64,000 bases of DNA from an uncultured Gemmatimonadales bacterium. GTDB taxonomy: Bacteria; Gemmatimonadota; Gemmatimonadetes; Longimicrobiales; RSA9. This document shows positions 31,056-40,424 of the stretch, piece after piece (positions within the stretch are counted from its first letter, which is position 1; every line of letters begins with the position of its first letter). The stretch spans positions 2,688,001 through 2,752,000 of the forward strand of contig OY970192.1 in assembly GCA_963708135.1 (NCBI GenBank), written 5' to 3'. The notes under the pieces are model-generated. The model ran no database searches. It had not been told where the DNA came from and saw only the letters and a program-made list of their open reading frames with translations. The position numbers and the translations under genes are program-made.

Positions 31056-31356
31056 TTGGAGGATCCCCCGACGCGGCGTAGGGGGAAAGACTGTCACGAC
31101 CCGGCGCTCCGGTCGCCTCGCAAGGGCGTTCCACGCGGAGACGGCGGGGAGCGGAGTCACGAGGACCTGCTTCCAGCGCGCCGGGGCGAGGCGGTCCCCC
31201 GACCTGATCTCGACCACGAGCGCCCCCGCCACCAGCAGGCCCAGGCGGAGGATCCGGCCGGCCGCGTGGAACGCTGCTGATCCGTGCGGGGCACAGGAAT
31301 AGGAGGATGCGCCGGAGCTCGCGGGTTGGAGGATCCCCCGACACGGCGTGGGGGGA
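31056..31356. promoter_or_regulatory. two copies of a 31-bp palindromic motif (candidate operator) in the divergent fadL/acyl-CoA ligase spacer
   Basis: TTGGAGGATCCCCCGACRCGGCGTRGGGGGA at 31056-31086 and 31326-31356. Confidence 0.55.
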
Positions 31357-31434
31357 TTCCCTGGTGGCCCGGGCGCCGCGCATGGGCCACATTCCCGCGC
31401 GGAGCCGACCGTCACCCGAACCCCGCAAGGCACG

Positions 31435-33540
31435 ATGGCATCCTCGCTCGACAGCATCCTGAGACCCGCATCGGTGGCGGTGGTCGGCGCTAGCCGTACG
31501 CCGGGCACGATCGGCTGGCAGATCGTCAACAACCTGCTGCGCCACGGCTACCAGGGCGCGGTCTACCCGGTGAACCCGAAGGCGACGTCGGTGCACAGCG
31601 TCGCGGCGTTCCCAACTGTCACGGCGATCCCGGCGCGCGTGGACATGGCGGTCATCGTGGTGCCGAAGGACCTCGTGCTGGACGTCGTGGACGATTGCGG
31701 CGAGAAAGGGGTCGCCGGGCTCGTGGTCATCAGCGCCGGGTTCCGCGAGGTCGGCGGCGCGGGGGTGGAGCGCGAGCGCCAGCTGGCGGAGCGCGCGCGC
31801 CGCTACGGGATGCGGCTCGTCGGCCCCAACTGCATGGGTGTGCTGAACACCGATCCCGCGGTCTCCATGAACGCGACGTTCGCACCGACCATGCCGCCGC
31901 GCGGGTTCGTCAGCATGATGAGCCAGTCGGGCGCCATGGGCGTGACGATCCTCGACTACGCGGCGGAGTACGGCATCGGGATCCACGGCTTCGTGTCGGT
32001 GGGCAACAAGACGGACGTGAGCGGAAATGACCTGCTCGAGGCCTGGGAGCACGACCCGCTGACGCGCGTGATCCTGATGTACCTGGAGAGCTTCGGGAAC
32101 CCGCGCCGCTTCACGCAGATCGCGCGGCGGGTGACACAGACGAAGCCGATCGTGGTGGTGAAGTCCGGGCGCAGCGCCGCGGGAGCGCGGGCGGCATCGT
32201 CGCATACGGGGGCATTGGCGGGGCTCGACCTGGCCACGGACGCGCTGCTCGCGCAGTGCGGCGTGATCCGGGTGGACAGCGTGGAGGCGCTCTTCGACCT
32301 GGCCATGGCCTTCGGGACGCTGCCGCTGCCGGCCGGCGACTCCGTGGCCATCGTCACGAACGCCGGCGGCCCCGGGATCATCATCGCCAATGCCTGCGAG
32401 GCGGGCGGGCTCGAGGTGGCCGAGCTCTCGGACGTGACGCAGGCGCGGCTGCGCGAGGGGCTCGCCGCGGAGGCGAGCGTCCGCAACCCGGTCAACATGA
32501 TCGCCTCGGCCACGCCGGAGAGCTACCGCCACGCGCTCGAGACGGTGCTCCGCGACCCGGGCATCCACGCCGCCATCGCCGCGTTCGTGCCGCCGCTCGG
32601 GATCCGGCAGGAGGAGGTCGCGCAGGCCATCGTGCAGGTGCGCGACGCCATCCCCGACAAGCCGATCCTGGCCGTGCTGATGGGACGCGAGGGGCTGCCG
32701 GCCGGGCGCGCGGAGCTCAAGGAGGCCGGCGTCCCGGCCTACATATTCCCCGAGTCCGCCGCCCGCGCGCTCTCCGCCCTCGCCCGCCACCGCCGCTGGC
32801 TCGAGCGGCCGGCCGGCCGGGTGCGCCACTTCGAGGACGTCAACCGCGAAACCGTCGCCGCGATCCTCGAGCGCTGCGCCGGTGGCGACGGCATGCTGTC
32901 GGGCACCGACGCGCTCGACGTGCTCGCGGCGTACGGCGTGCCCACCATCCGCTACCGCGTGGTCACGAGCGCCGAGGACGCCGCGGCGGAGGCGCAGGCG
33001 CAGGGCTTCCCCGTGGTGCTCAAGATCCACTCGCCCGACATCGTGCACAAAACCGACGTGGGCGGCGTGGTCGTGGACCTGCGCACCGCCGACGAGGTGC
33101 GCGAGGCGTTCGACGCGATGATGAAGCGCGTGCGCGACGCCGTGCCCGACGCCCGCATCGAGGGCGTGCTCGTGCAGCAATACGCGCGCGGCGGGCGGGA
33201 GACGATCGTGGGCATGACCTACGACCCGAAGTTCGGACCGCTGCTCATGTTCGGGCTGGGCGGGATCTACGTCGAGGCGCTCCGCGACATCGCGTTCCGG
33301 ATCCAGCCCGTGAGCGACATCGACGCGCTCGAGATGGTCCGCTCGATCCGCGGGGTGAAGCTGCTCGAGGGGATCCGCGGCGAGCCCGCCGCCGACATGG
33401 ACGCCATCATCGAGGTCATCCAGCGCATCTCCCAGCTGGTCGGGGAGCATCCCGAGATCCGCGAGCTGGACGTCAATCCGCTGCTCGCCACGCCGGCCGG
33501 GGTGACGGGGGTGGATGCGAGGATCAGGATCCAGGCATAA
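31435..33540 (+). CDS. acetate/acyl-CoA ligase (ADP-forming), fused alpha-beta
   Basis: CoA-binding domain (VVGAS, YPVNP), GPNCMG, SQSG, SSHTGALAG, ATP-grasp HKTDVGGV, ELDVNP. Confidence 0.92.
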   Translation: MASSLDSILRPASVAVVGASRTPGTIGWQIVNNLLRHGYQGAVYPVNPKATSVHSVAAFPTVTAIPARVDMAVIVVPKDLVLDVVDDCGEKGVAGLVVISAGFREVGGAGVERERQLAERARRYGMRLVGPNCMGVLNTDPAVSMNATFAPTMPPRGFVSMMSQSGAMGVTILDYAAEYGIGIHGFVSVGNKTDVSGNDLLEAWEHDPLTRVILMYLESFGNPRRFTQIARRVTQTKPIVVVKSGRSAAGARAASSHTGALAGLDLATDALLAQCGVIRVDSVEALFDLAMAFGTLPLPAGDSVAIVTNAGGPGIIIANACEAGGLEVAELSDVTQARLREGLAAEASVRNPVNMIASATPESYRHALETVLRDPGIHAAIAAFVPPLGIRQEEVAQAIVQVRDAIPDKPILAVLMGREGLPAGRAELKEAGVPAYIFPESAARALSALARHRRWLERPAGRVRHFEDVNRETVAAILERCAGGDGMLSGTDALDVLAAYGVPTIRYRVVTSAEDAAAEAQAQGFPVVLKIHSPDIVHKTDVGGVVVDLRTADEVREAFDAMMKRVRDAVPDARIEGVLVQQYARGGRETIVGMTYDPKFGPLLMFGLGGIYVEALRDIAFRIQPVSDIDALEMVRSIRGVKLLEGIRGEPAADMDAIIEVIQRISQLVGEHPEIRELDVNPLLATPAGVTGVDARIRIQA

Positions 33541-33542
33541 TC

Positions 33543-34090
33543 AGAACGGGCACGGGTCACGGGCAGGGGCACGCGGACGGGCAGAAACGGCAGGCAGCCG
33601 GGCAGGGGCATGCGAAGGGGCACGCCCACGGGAACGGGAACCCCGGCAGGCACCCGGCCCGCCGCCATCGTTCCGCTGCCCGTCCCGGTGCCGGTGCCCT
33701 TGCCTGCCTGCCTGCGGGAGCTGCCCGTCCGCGTTCCCGTGCCCGTGGCCCCTGCCCGTCCGTTGAGAGACCGGGGCACGGGGCACGGGCAGGCGCACGC
33801 GGACGGGCAGAAACGGCAGGCAGCCGGGCAGGGGCATGCGAAGGGGCACGCCCGCGGGAACGGGAACCCCGGCGGGCACCCGGTCCGCCGCCATCGTTCC
33901 GCTGCCCGTCCCGGTACCGGTGCCCTTGCCCGCCTGCCTGCGGGAGCTGCCCGTCCGCGTTCCCGTGCCCGTGGCCCCTGCCCGTCCGTTGAGAGACCGG
34001 GGCACGGGTCACGGGCAGGCGCACGCGGACGGGCAGAAACGGCAGGCAGCCGGGCAGGGGCATGCGAAGGGGCACGCCCACGGGAACGGG
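33543..34090. repeat. tandem palindromic repeat array (family A), left arm: 2 full 226-bp units plus a partial unit
   Basis: Anchor CAGAAACGG at 33582, 33808 and 34034. Confidence 0.9.
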
Positions 34091-34144
34091 AGTCGGCGCA
34101 TTCTGGTATTCTGGTGCCCCGGAAAGCCGGCCAGCTTGGCCGGC

Positions 34145-34543
34145 ATGGTTCGACTCGATCACGAACGGCTCGAGGTTTACGGGATCGCGCTCCGATTCGA
34201 TAAGGAGATTCGCGGGCTGCTCCGGAGCATGCGGGCGCGGGGCGACACCGTCAACCAACTGAAGCGCGCTTCCGCCTCGGTGGTCCTCAACCTGGCCGAA
34301 GGTGCGGGTGAGTTCTCCGCGCGGGAGAAGACGCGCTTCTATCGGATCGCACGCCGGTCGGCCACGGAATGCGCCGCTACCCTGGATCTGCTCGTGAACC
34401 AGCGAACCCTGACCCGGGAGCAGGTCCTGCCACTCCGTGACCACCTGGTCCGGGTCATCTCCATGCTCGTGCGCCTGATGCAGCAGATCGACGCGGGGAG
34501 CTCTCGCGGGCGGCCCCGCCCACCGTCCCCCAACACCGGGTGA
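34145..34543 (+). CDS. four helix bundle protein (23S rRNA IVP / Avd-like family), copy 1
   Basis: DHERLEVY...NQLKRASASVVLNLAEGAG...RFYRIARRSATEC family signature. Confidence 0.9.
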   Translation: MVRLDHERLEVYGIALRFDKEIRGLLRSMRARGDTVNQLKRASASVVLNLAEGAGEFSAREKTRFYRIARRSATECAATLDLLVNQRTLTREQVLPLRDHLVRVISMLVRLMQQIDAGSSRGRPRPPSPNTG

Positions 34544-34580
34544 GCGTTCGGGTGCAGGTGATCCTAACCGAGCACGGAAC

Positions 34581-35922
34581 AGAACGGGGCACGGGTCACG
34601 GGCAGGCGCACGCGGACGGGCAGAAACGGCAGGCAGCCGGGCAGGGGCATGCGAAGGGGCAGGGGCACCGGAACGGGAACCCCGGCGGGCACCCGGTCCG
34701 CCGCCATCGTTCCGCTGCCCGTCCCGGTACCGGTGCCCTTGCCCGCCTGCCTGCGGGAGCTGCCCGTCCGCGTTCCCGTGCCCGTGGCCCCTGCCCGTCC
34801 GTTGAGAGGCCGGGCACGGGTCACGGGCAGGCGCACGCGGACGGGCAGAAACGGCAGGCAGCCGGGCAGGGGCATGCGAAGGGGCACGGCCACCGGAACG
34901 GGAACCCCGGCGGGCACCCGGTCCGCCGCCGTTCCGCTGCCCGTGCCGGTGCCGGTGCCCTTGCCCGCCTGCCTGCGGGAGCTGCCCGTCCGCGTTCCCG
35001 TGCCCGTGGCCCCTGCCCGTCCGTTGAGAGGCCGGGCACCGGTCACGGGCAGGCGCACGCGGACGGGCAGAAACGGCAGGCAGCCGGGCAGGGGCATGCG
35101 AAGGGGCACGGCCACCGGAACGGGAACCCCGGCGGGCACCCGGTCCGCCGCCATCGTTCCGCTGCCCGTCCCGGTGCCGGTGCCCTTGCCCGCCTGCCTG
35201 CGGGAGCTGCCCGTCCGCGTTCCCGTGCCCGTGGCCCCTGCCCGTCCGTTGAGAGGCCGGGCACGGGTCACGGGCAGGCGCACGCGGACGGGCAGAAACG
35301 GCAGGCAGCCGGGCAGGGGCATGCGAAGGGGCACGCCCACCGGAACGGGAACCGGTCCGCCGCCATCGTTCCGCTGCCCGTCCCGGTGCCGGTGCCCTTG
35401 CCTGCCTGCCTGCGGGAGCTGCCCGTCCGCGTTCCCGTGCCCGTGGCCCCTGGCCGTCCGTTGAGAGGCCGGGCACGGGTCATGGGCAGGCGCACGCGGA
35501 CGGGCAGAAACGGCAGGCAGCCGGGCAGGGGCATGCGAAGGGGCACGCCCACCGGAACGGGAACCGGTCCGCCGCCATCGTTCCGCTGCCCGTGCCGGTG
35601 CCGGTGCCCTTGCCCGCCTGCCTGCGGGAGCTGCCCGTCCGCGTTCCCGTGCCCGTGGCCCCTGCCCGTCCGTTGAGAGGCCGGGCACGGGTCACGGGCA
35701 GACGCACGCGGACGGGCAGAAACGGCAGGCAGCCGGGCAGGGGCATGCGAAGGGGCACGCCCACCGGAACGGGAACCGGTCCGCCGCCATCGTTCCGCTG
35801 CCCGTCCCGGTGCCGGTGCCCCTGCCCGCCTGCCTGCGGGAGCTGCCCGTCCGCGTTCCCGTGCCCGTGGCCCCTGCCCGTCCGTTTTCTCCGTGGACGT
35901 GGCCGTGCCCGTCCGCGTTCCC
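34581..35922. repeat. tandem palindromic repeat array (family A), right arm: 6 units of 212-225 bp plus a short tail
   Basis: Anchor CAGAAACGG at 34621, 34846, 35068, 35293, 35505 and 35717; internal IR ACGCGGACGGGCAG/CTGCCCGTCCGCGT in each unit. Confidence 0.9.
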
Positions 35923-36660
35923 CTACTCCAGGATCAGCCGCGCCCTGCGGAACCGCGCGGCCGCCGCGGCGAAGAGGAGGAGGTCGATCACGAGCAGCGC
36001 GGCGGCGGCGAGCTCGAGCAGGCGGTTCCGCCCGACGCCGGCGACCCACGCGGCGCCCGCCAGGCGCCAGGCGGGCGGAAGCAGGCCAACGCCGAGCACG
36101 GGCAGGAAGAGCACGGCGATGACGGCGGTGGTGAGCACCTGCTGCGCCTGCTTGACCGTGGTCGCGCGGAGCGAGATCAGGACGCCGGCGGCGGCGGTGA
36201 AGCCTGCGCCGAGGATGCTGAAGGCGATGGCGGCGGCGAGCGCGCGGGGCGAGTAAAGCACGAGGCCGGCGTCGCGGTGGGAGAGGTTCACGACGATGAG
36301 AGCGGTGGGCAGGATCGCGAATCCGACACCGATGCCGTAGAGCGTGACGGCGACGGTCTTGCCGAGCAGGATGGCGAGATCGGGGAGCCGCGTCGCGAGC
36401 AGGGTCTCGAGAGTGTGCCGCTCGCGCTCGCCGGCGAAGGTGTCGGGCACCAGGCCGGCGACCTGGAAGGTGGCGGCGAAGGCCACGAAGGCGCCGCCGG
36501 CCCACGAGCGCACGAAGGCCGGCCCCATCTGGAGCGGGTAGAGCACGCCGAGGATGAGGACGATCATGCCGATGCGGTACAGCCCGCGGCGGTTGTGCGG
36601 CTCGAGCTGCACGAGCTCGCGGATCTCCTTCCAGACGACGGTGGCCACGTCCCGGATCAC
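35923..36660 (-). CDS. ABC-2 type transporter permease
   Basis: VWKEIRE, FAGERERHTLETLLAT, ILLGK; 6 TM helices. Confidence 0.85.
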   Translation of the reverse strand: MIRDVATVVWKEIRELVQLEPHNRRGLYRIGMIVLILGVLYPLQMGPAFVRSWAGGAFVAFAATFQVAGLVPDTFAGERERHTLETLLATRLPDLAILLGKTVAVTLYGIGVGFAILPTALIVVNLSHRDAGLVLYSPRALAAAIAFSILGAGFTAAAGVLISLRATTVKQAQQVLTTAVIAVLFLPVLGVGLLPPAWRLAGAAWVAGVGRNRLLELAAAALLVIDLLLFAAAAARFRRARLILE

Positions 36661-37613
36661 GGCGTTCCCCCCTCCCCCTCCTCCATGAGCGTGAGGAACA
36701 CCTCCTCGAGCGACGCCTTGCCGCGACGCACCTCATCGACCTCCGCGCCCGCGTGGACCAGCGCGGCCACGAGCGGCGCGGGCGTGGCGCCATCGGCCAG
36801 CTCGGCGACGATCCGGCCGTTCTCGAGGCGCGCGCGCCGCACCGCCGGGAGGCACTCGAGCGTCGCCAGCGCGGCGGCGTCCACGCCGCGGGCCACGATC
36901 TCGACGCGCGGGCCGGCGCCGCGGGCGCGCAGCTCGTCCGGGTGGCCCACCGCGAGGAGGCGGCCGCCGCGGATCACGGCCACGCTCGCGCACAGCCGCT
37001 CGGCCTCGGTCAGGTTGTGCGTGGTGAGGAAGATCGTGGTCCCCTCGAGGGCGGCCAGCGCGGCGAGGTCCTCGCGCAGCGCGGCGGCGGCGATCGGATC
37101 GAGGCCGGCCGTCGGCTCGTCCAGGAACACGAGCGCGGGGTGGTGCAGCAGCGCCCGCGCCACGGCCAGCTTCTGCTTCATGCCGCGGCTCCAGCGGCTG
37201 ACGATCTCGCCGCGCCGCTCCCACAGCCCGAAGTGCTCGAGCAGCGCCTGGATGCGCGCCCGCCGCTCCTCCCGCCGCATGTGCCAGATGCGGCCGAAGT
37301 AATCCAGGTTGTCGGCCGCGCTGAGCCGCTCGTAGAGCCCGGTGTGCTCGAGCAGCGCGCCCGAGCGCGCGCGGATCTCGCCGGCCCCGGTGCGCGTGTC
37401 GAGGCCCAGCACCCGGGCGCGCCCGCCGGTCGGCTCGAGGAGCCCGAGCAGCAGCCGTATCGTCGTCGTCTTCCCCGCCCCGTTCGGGCCGATGAAGCCG
37501 AAGACCACGCCCGCCGGCACCTCGAAGCTCAGCCGGTCCGCGGCGACGAGGCTGCCGAACGCGCGCGTGAGCCCCTCCGCCGCGACAGCGGGCGACGCGG
37601 CCGGATCAGCCAT
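36657..37613 (-). CDS. ABC transporter ATP-binding protein
   Basis: GPNGAGKTT, WSRGM, FLDEPT, TTH. Confidence 0.92.
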   Translation of the reverse strand: MADPAASPAVAAEGLTRAFGSLVAADRLSFEVPAGVVFGFIGPNGAGKTTTIRLLLGLLEPTGGRARVLGLDTRTGAGEIRARSGALLEHTGLYERLSAADNLDYFGRIWHMRREERRARIQALLEHFGLWERRGEIVSRWSRGMKQKLAVARALLHHPALVFLDEPTAGLDPIAAAALREDLAALAALEGTTIFLTTHNLTEAERLCASVAVIRGGRLLAVGHPDELRARGAGPRVEIVARGVDAAALATLECLPAVRRARLENGRIVAELADGATPAPLVAALVHAGAEVDEVRRGKASLEEVFLTLMEEGEGGTP

Positions 37614-37812
37614 GGCTCGCCTTCCGCGGGCGAGCGCGACCACCGCTGGTCTGGCGCGCGCCCCGGCGATCGCCTACACCTTCAACGGGCCCGGGCCGGC
37701 AGCGCGGGCCGGGCGCGGGCGAGGCCAGCCGGAAGCGGAAAGGTTCGATCATGGCGTGCTACATACCGGTCGGGTGGTCCCGAAGTCAAACCCGGCGCGC
37801 GGGCGGGGACGC

Positions 37813-38660
37813 GTGAGCGGCTCCGGCGCGGGCGGGCGGCTCATCTCGCTGCGCGAGACCTGGCCGTCGGGGAAGCCGATCGTCGGCATGGTGCACCTGG
37901 CGCCGCTTCCCGGCTCTCCCGGCTGGGGCGGCTCGATGGACGACGTGCTGGCGCGCGCCAGGAGGACGCGCGCGCGCTGGCCGAAGGCGGCGTCGACGGC
38001 GTGCTGGTCGAGAACTACGGCGACCTGCCGTTCCACCCCGGCGCCGTGCCGCCCGAGACCGTGGCCGCGCTCACGGTGGCCGTGGCCGAGGTGGTGCGCA
38101 CGGTCTCGCTGCCGGTGGGCGTGAACGTGCTGCGCAACGACGCCGCGGCGGCGCTCGCCATAGCCGTGGCCACGGGCGCGCGCTTCATCCGGGTGAACGT
38201 CCACACGGGCGCGCTGCTCACGGACCAGGGCTGGATCGCCGGCCTGGCGCACGACACGCTGCGGCGGCGGGCGGCGCTCGGCGCCGACGTCGCCATCCTG
38301 GCGGATGTGCTCGTGAAGCACGCCGTAGCGCCCGCGGGGTTGAACGCGGCCCGGGCCGCGCGGGACGCGTGGCACCGGGGGCTCGCGGACGGGCTCGTCG
38401 TCTCCGGCCCCGCGACGGGGGAGGAGCCCGACCTCGCCCGGCTCCGCGCCGTCAAGGCGGCCGTCCCCGAGGCGCCGGTCTGGATCGGCAGCGGGCTCAC
38501 GCCGGAAAACGCCGCGGCGCTCATGGCAGTGGCGGATGGCGCCATCGTGGGCAGCGCGTTCGAGCGCGACGGTGTGGCGGGGAATCCCGTGGAGGTGGAG
38601 CGCGTGAGGCGGCTGGGATCCAGGATCCTGCCCCCTCAGACTCCTCCGTACCACTCGTAG
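37813..38660 (+). pseudogene. btpA: BtpA/SgcQ family protein with a -1 frameshift near 37961 (possibly a sequencing error)
   Basis: IVGMVHLAPLPGSP in one frame; EDARALAEGGVDGVLVENYGD, GVNVLRND, ADVLVKH and DGAIVGS in the next. GCCAGGAGGAC lacks one G. Confidence 0.8.
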
Positions 38661-39346
38661 CCCTGATCGCTCCAGTAGCCGCCCGTGCGATGCGGCAGGA
38701 AGACGACGCGGGTCAGGTACTTGGTGTTCTTGTAGCCTAGCTTGATCGGCGAATGCACGCGGGCGGGCGCGCCGTGGGCCGGCCCCAGGAAGCGGCCGTC
38801 CATGGCGTAGGCGATGAGCGTCTGCGGGTGCATCGCGCTCTGCATGTCCCAGCTCTCGTGGTACCCCTTGTCGAAGGATACGAAGTCAACGTACTGCGCG
38901 TCCGCCGTGGCGCCGGCGAGGCGGGCGAGGCGGCTGACGCGCACGCCGCGCCAAACGGCCACGGCGGTCCACCCCTCCACGCAATAGTGGTCCACGCGCT
39001 GCGACACCGACGGCAGCGCGAGCAGGTCGTCGAGCGTGAGCCGCAGCGGCCGCCGCACCGCGCCGCCGACCTCGAGCGCCCATTCCCCCCGCACGGACTC
39101 GTCCCAGATCGGGATCCGGTCCGAGATGTAGTAGACCGGGAACGCGCGCCCGGCCGGCAACGCGCCCTCGGGTGCGTAGTCCCGCGACCCCTCGTGGAAG
39201 ATCCCGCGCTCGAGCCCCTCGTTGCGCCGCTCCGCCCAGCGCAGCAGCCGCCGCGCCGCGCGCGGACCGTGAGCGTCGCACGCCGCCAGGAACGCCGCCG
39301 AGAGCGCGCCCCCGGCCGCCAGGAACCGCCGCCGGTCCAGGCTCAT
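38636..39346 (-). CDS. molybdopterin-dependent oxidoreductase (sulfite oxidase/MsrP-like) with Tat signal
   Basis: MSLDRRRFL, HYCVEGW, HGAPAR, KLGYKNTKY. Confidence 0.85.
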   Translation of the reverse strand: MSLDRRRFLAAGGALSAAFLAACDAHGPRAARRLLRWAERRNEGLERGIFHEGSRDYAPEGALPAGRAFPVYYISDRIPIWDESVRGEWALEVGGAVRRPLRLTLDDLLALPSVSQRVDHYCVEGWTAVAVWRGVRVSRLARLAGATADAQYVDFVSFDKGYHESWDMQSAMHPQTLIAYAMDGRFLGPAHGAPARVHSPIKLGYKNTKYLTRVVFLPHRTGGYWSDQGYEWYGGV

Positions 39347-40233
39347 AGCTCCTCCCCGTCGTCTCCGCTGGCGCCGTCCAGCTCCGAGGCAGGCGACGCC
39401 ACCGCCGATCCAGCCGGCGCTTCCGCCGCGCCCGCCTCGGCCGACGCATCGGGCGTGGCCGCCGCAGCCGGTGCATCCGTGCCCGCGGCTCCCGCCGCAT
39501 CGATCCTCGCCGGCGCGCGGGAAGGCCAGAGGGCCGGCGCGTCGGCCGGGCGGCGGCGCAGGAACGGCCGCGCGTCCAGCGCCTCGGGCGAGCGGCTCTC
39601 GTCGTAGCCGCCGGTGATCATGCTGCGCAGCGAGCCGGGGTCCACGGCGAAGACCATGAAGACGTGCATGACGGAGAGGGCGACGAGCGCCACCATGACC
39701 ATGAAGTGCCAGTAGCGGGCCCAGACGTAGCCGCCCAGCAGGTCGGTCAGCGGGGCAAGCTGCACCGGTTTCCAGATGGCGATGCCGGTGATCACCGCCG
39801 CGGCGCCGAGCCAGGGGAGCAGGAAGTAGACGGTCTTCTGGAGCGCGTTGTGCTTGCCCTGGCGCGGGTGGCGGCGCCGCAGGAAGAGGTAGAACCTCAC
39901 CATCTCCCAGGAGTCGCGCAGGTGCCCGCGACGGGGGACCAGGTCGCGCCACTCGCCGTGGAGGTAGACGAAGCCGAGGTAGACGAGCCCGTTCAGCACG
40001 AGCAGCCACATGGCCGCGAAGTGCCAGTTGCGCGCCCCCGCCAGCCAGCCGCCGAACGTCATCCAGTGTGGCGCCCCGCCGTGGAACGGCCAGCAGCAGA
40101 ACGTGCCGCCGCGTCGCGCGAAGGCGGGATAGGCGTTGAAGATGCGCAGCCCGCTCCCGACCATCAGCGTGAGCGCGAACGCGTTCACCCAGTGCGTCAG
40201 GCGGACGACCCAGTGGTGTCGTGGAGCGGGCAT
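39343..40233 (-). CDS. cytochrome b/b6 domain membrane subunit (YdhU/PhsC-like)
   Basis: RLTHW, WHF, NALQK, ARYWHF...MHV haem histidines; ATGA overlap with the Mo enzyme gene. Confidence 0.85.
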   Translation of the reverse strand: MPAPRHHWVVRLTHWVNAFALTLMVGSGLRIFNAYPAFARRGGTFCCWPFHGGAPHWMTFGGWLAGARNWHFAAMWLLVLNGLVYLGFVYLHGEWRDLVPRRGHLRDSWEMVRFYLFLRRRHPRQGKHNALQKTVYFLLPWLGAAAVITGIAIWKPVQLAPLTDLLGGYVWARYWHFMVMVALVALSVMHVFMVFAVDPGSLRSMITGGYDESRSPEALDARPFLRRRPADAPALWPSRAPARIDAAGAAGTDAPAAAATPDASAEAGAAEAPAGSAVASPASELDGASGDDGEEL

Positions 40234-40424
40234 GCAGGGTGGAACCCACGGGCCACCCGCCGGGTTCCCCCGCCCGGAGGCCGCTCCAGCTCCGATCACG
40301 TTGACCCCTTGCCGCTCCGGCCGCTACACTTCGAGGGCGCTCCGCGGCTCCTGCCGGCTCCGCTCCTCGTCGCGGCCGGGGTGCGCGAGGAGATCGAGCA
40401 CGGTCGCGTGCGGGAGGGGATGAC

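Noticed and set aside
34145..34543. Diversity-generating retroelement (Avd) or 23S rRNA intervening sequence
   Set aside because: No reverse transcriptase, no TR/VR pair with adenine-specific mismatches, and no rRNA sequence in the window.
33515..35920. Repetitive ORFs (PVPVPVP/GTGTGT/GHGHG) across array A
   Set aside because: They are open in several frames on both strands simply because the repeat is GC-rich and stop-poor; no RBS or domain signal.
33543..35922. CRISPR array
   Set aside because: Units are >200 bp and nearly identical with no unique spacers, and there are no cas genes.
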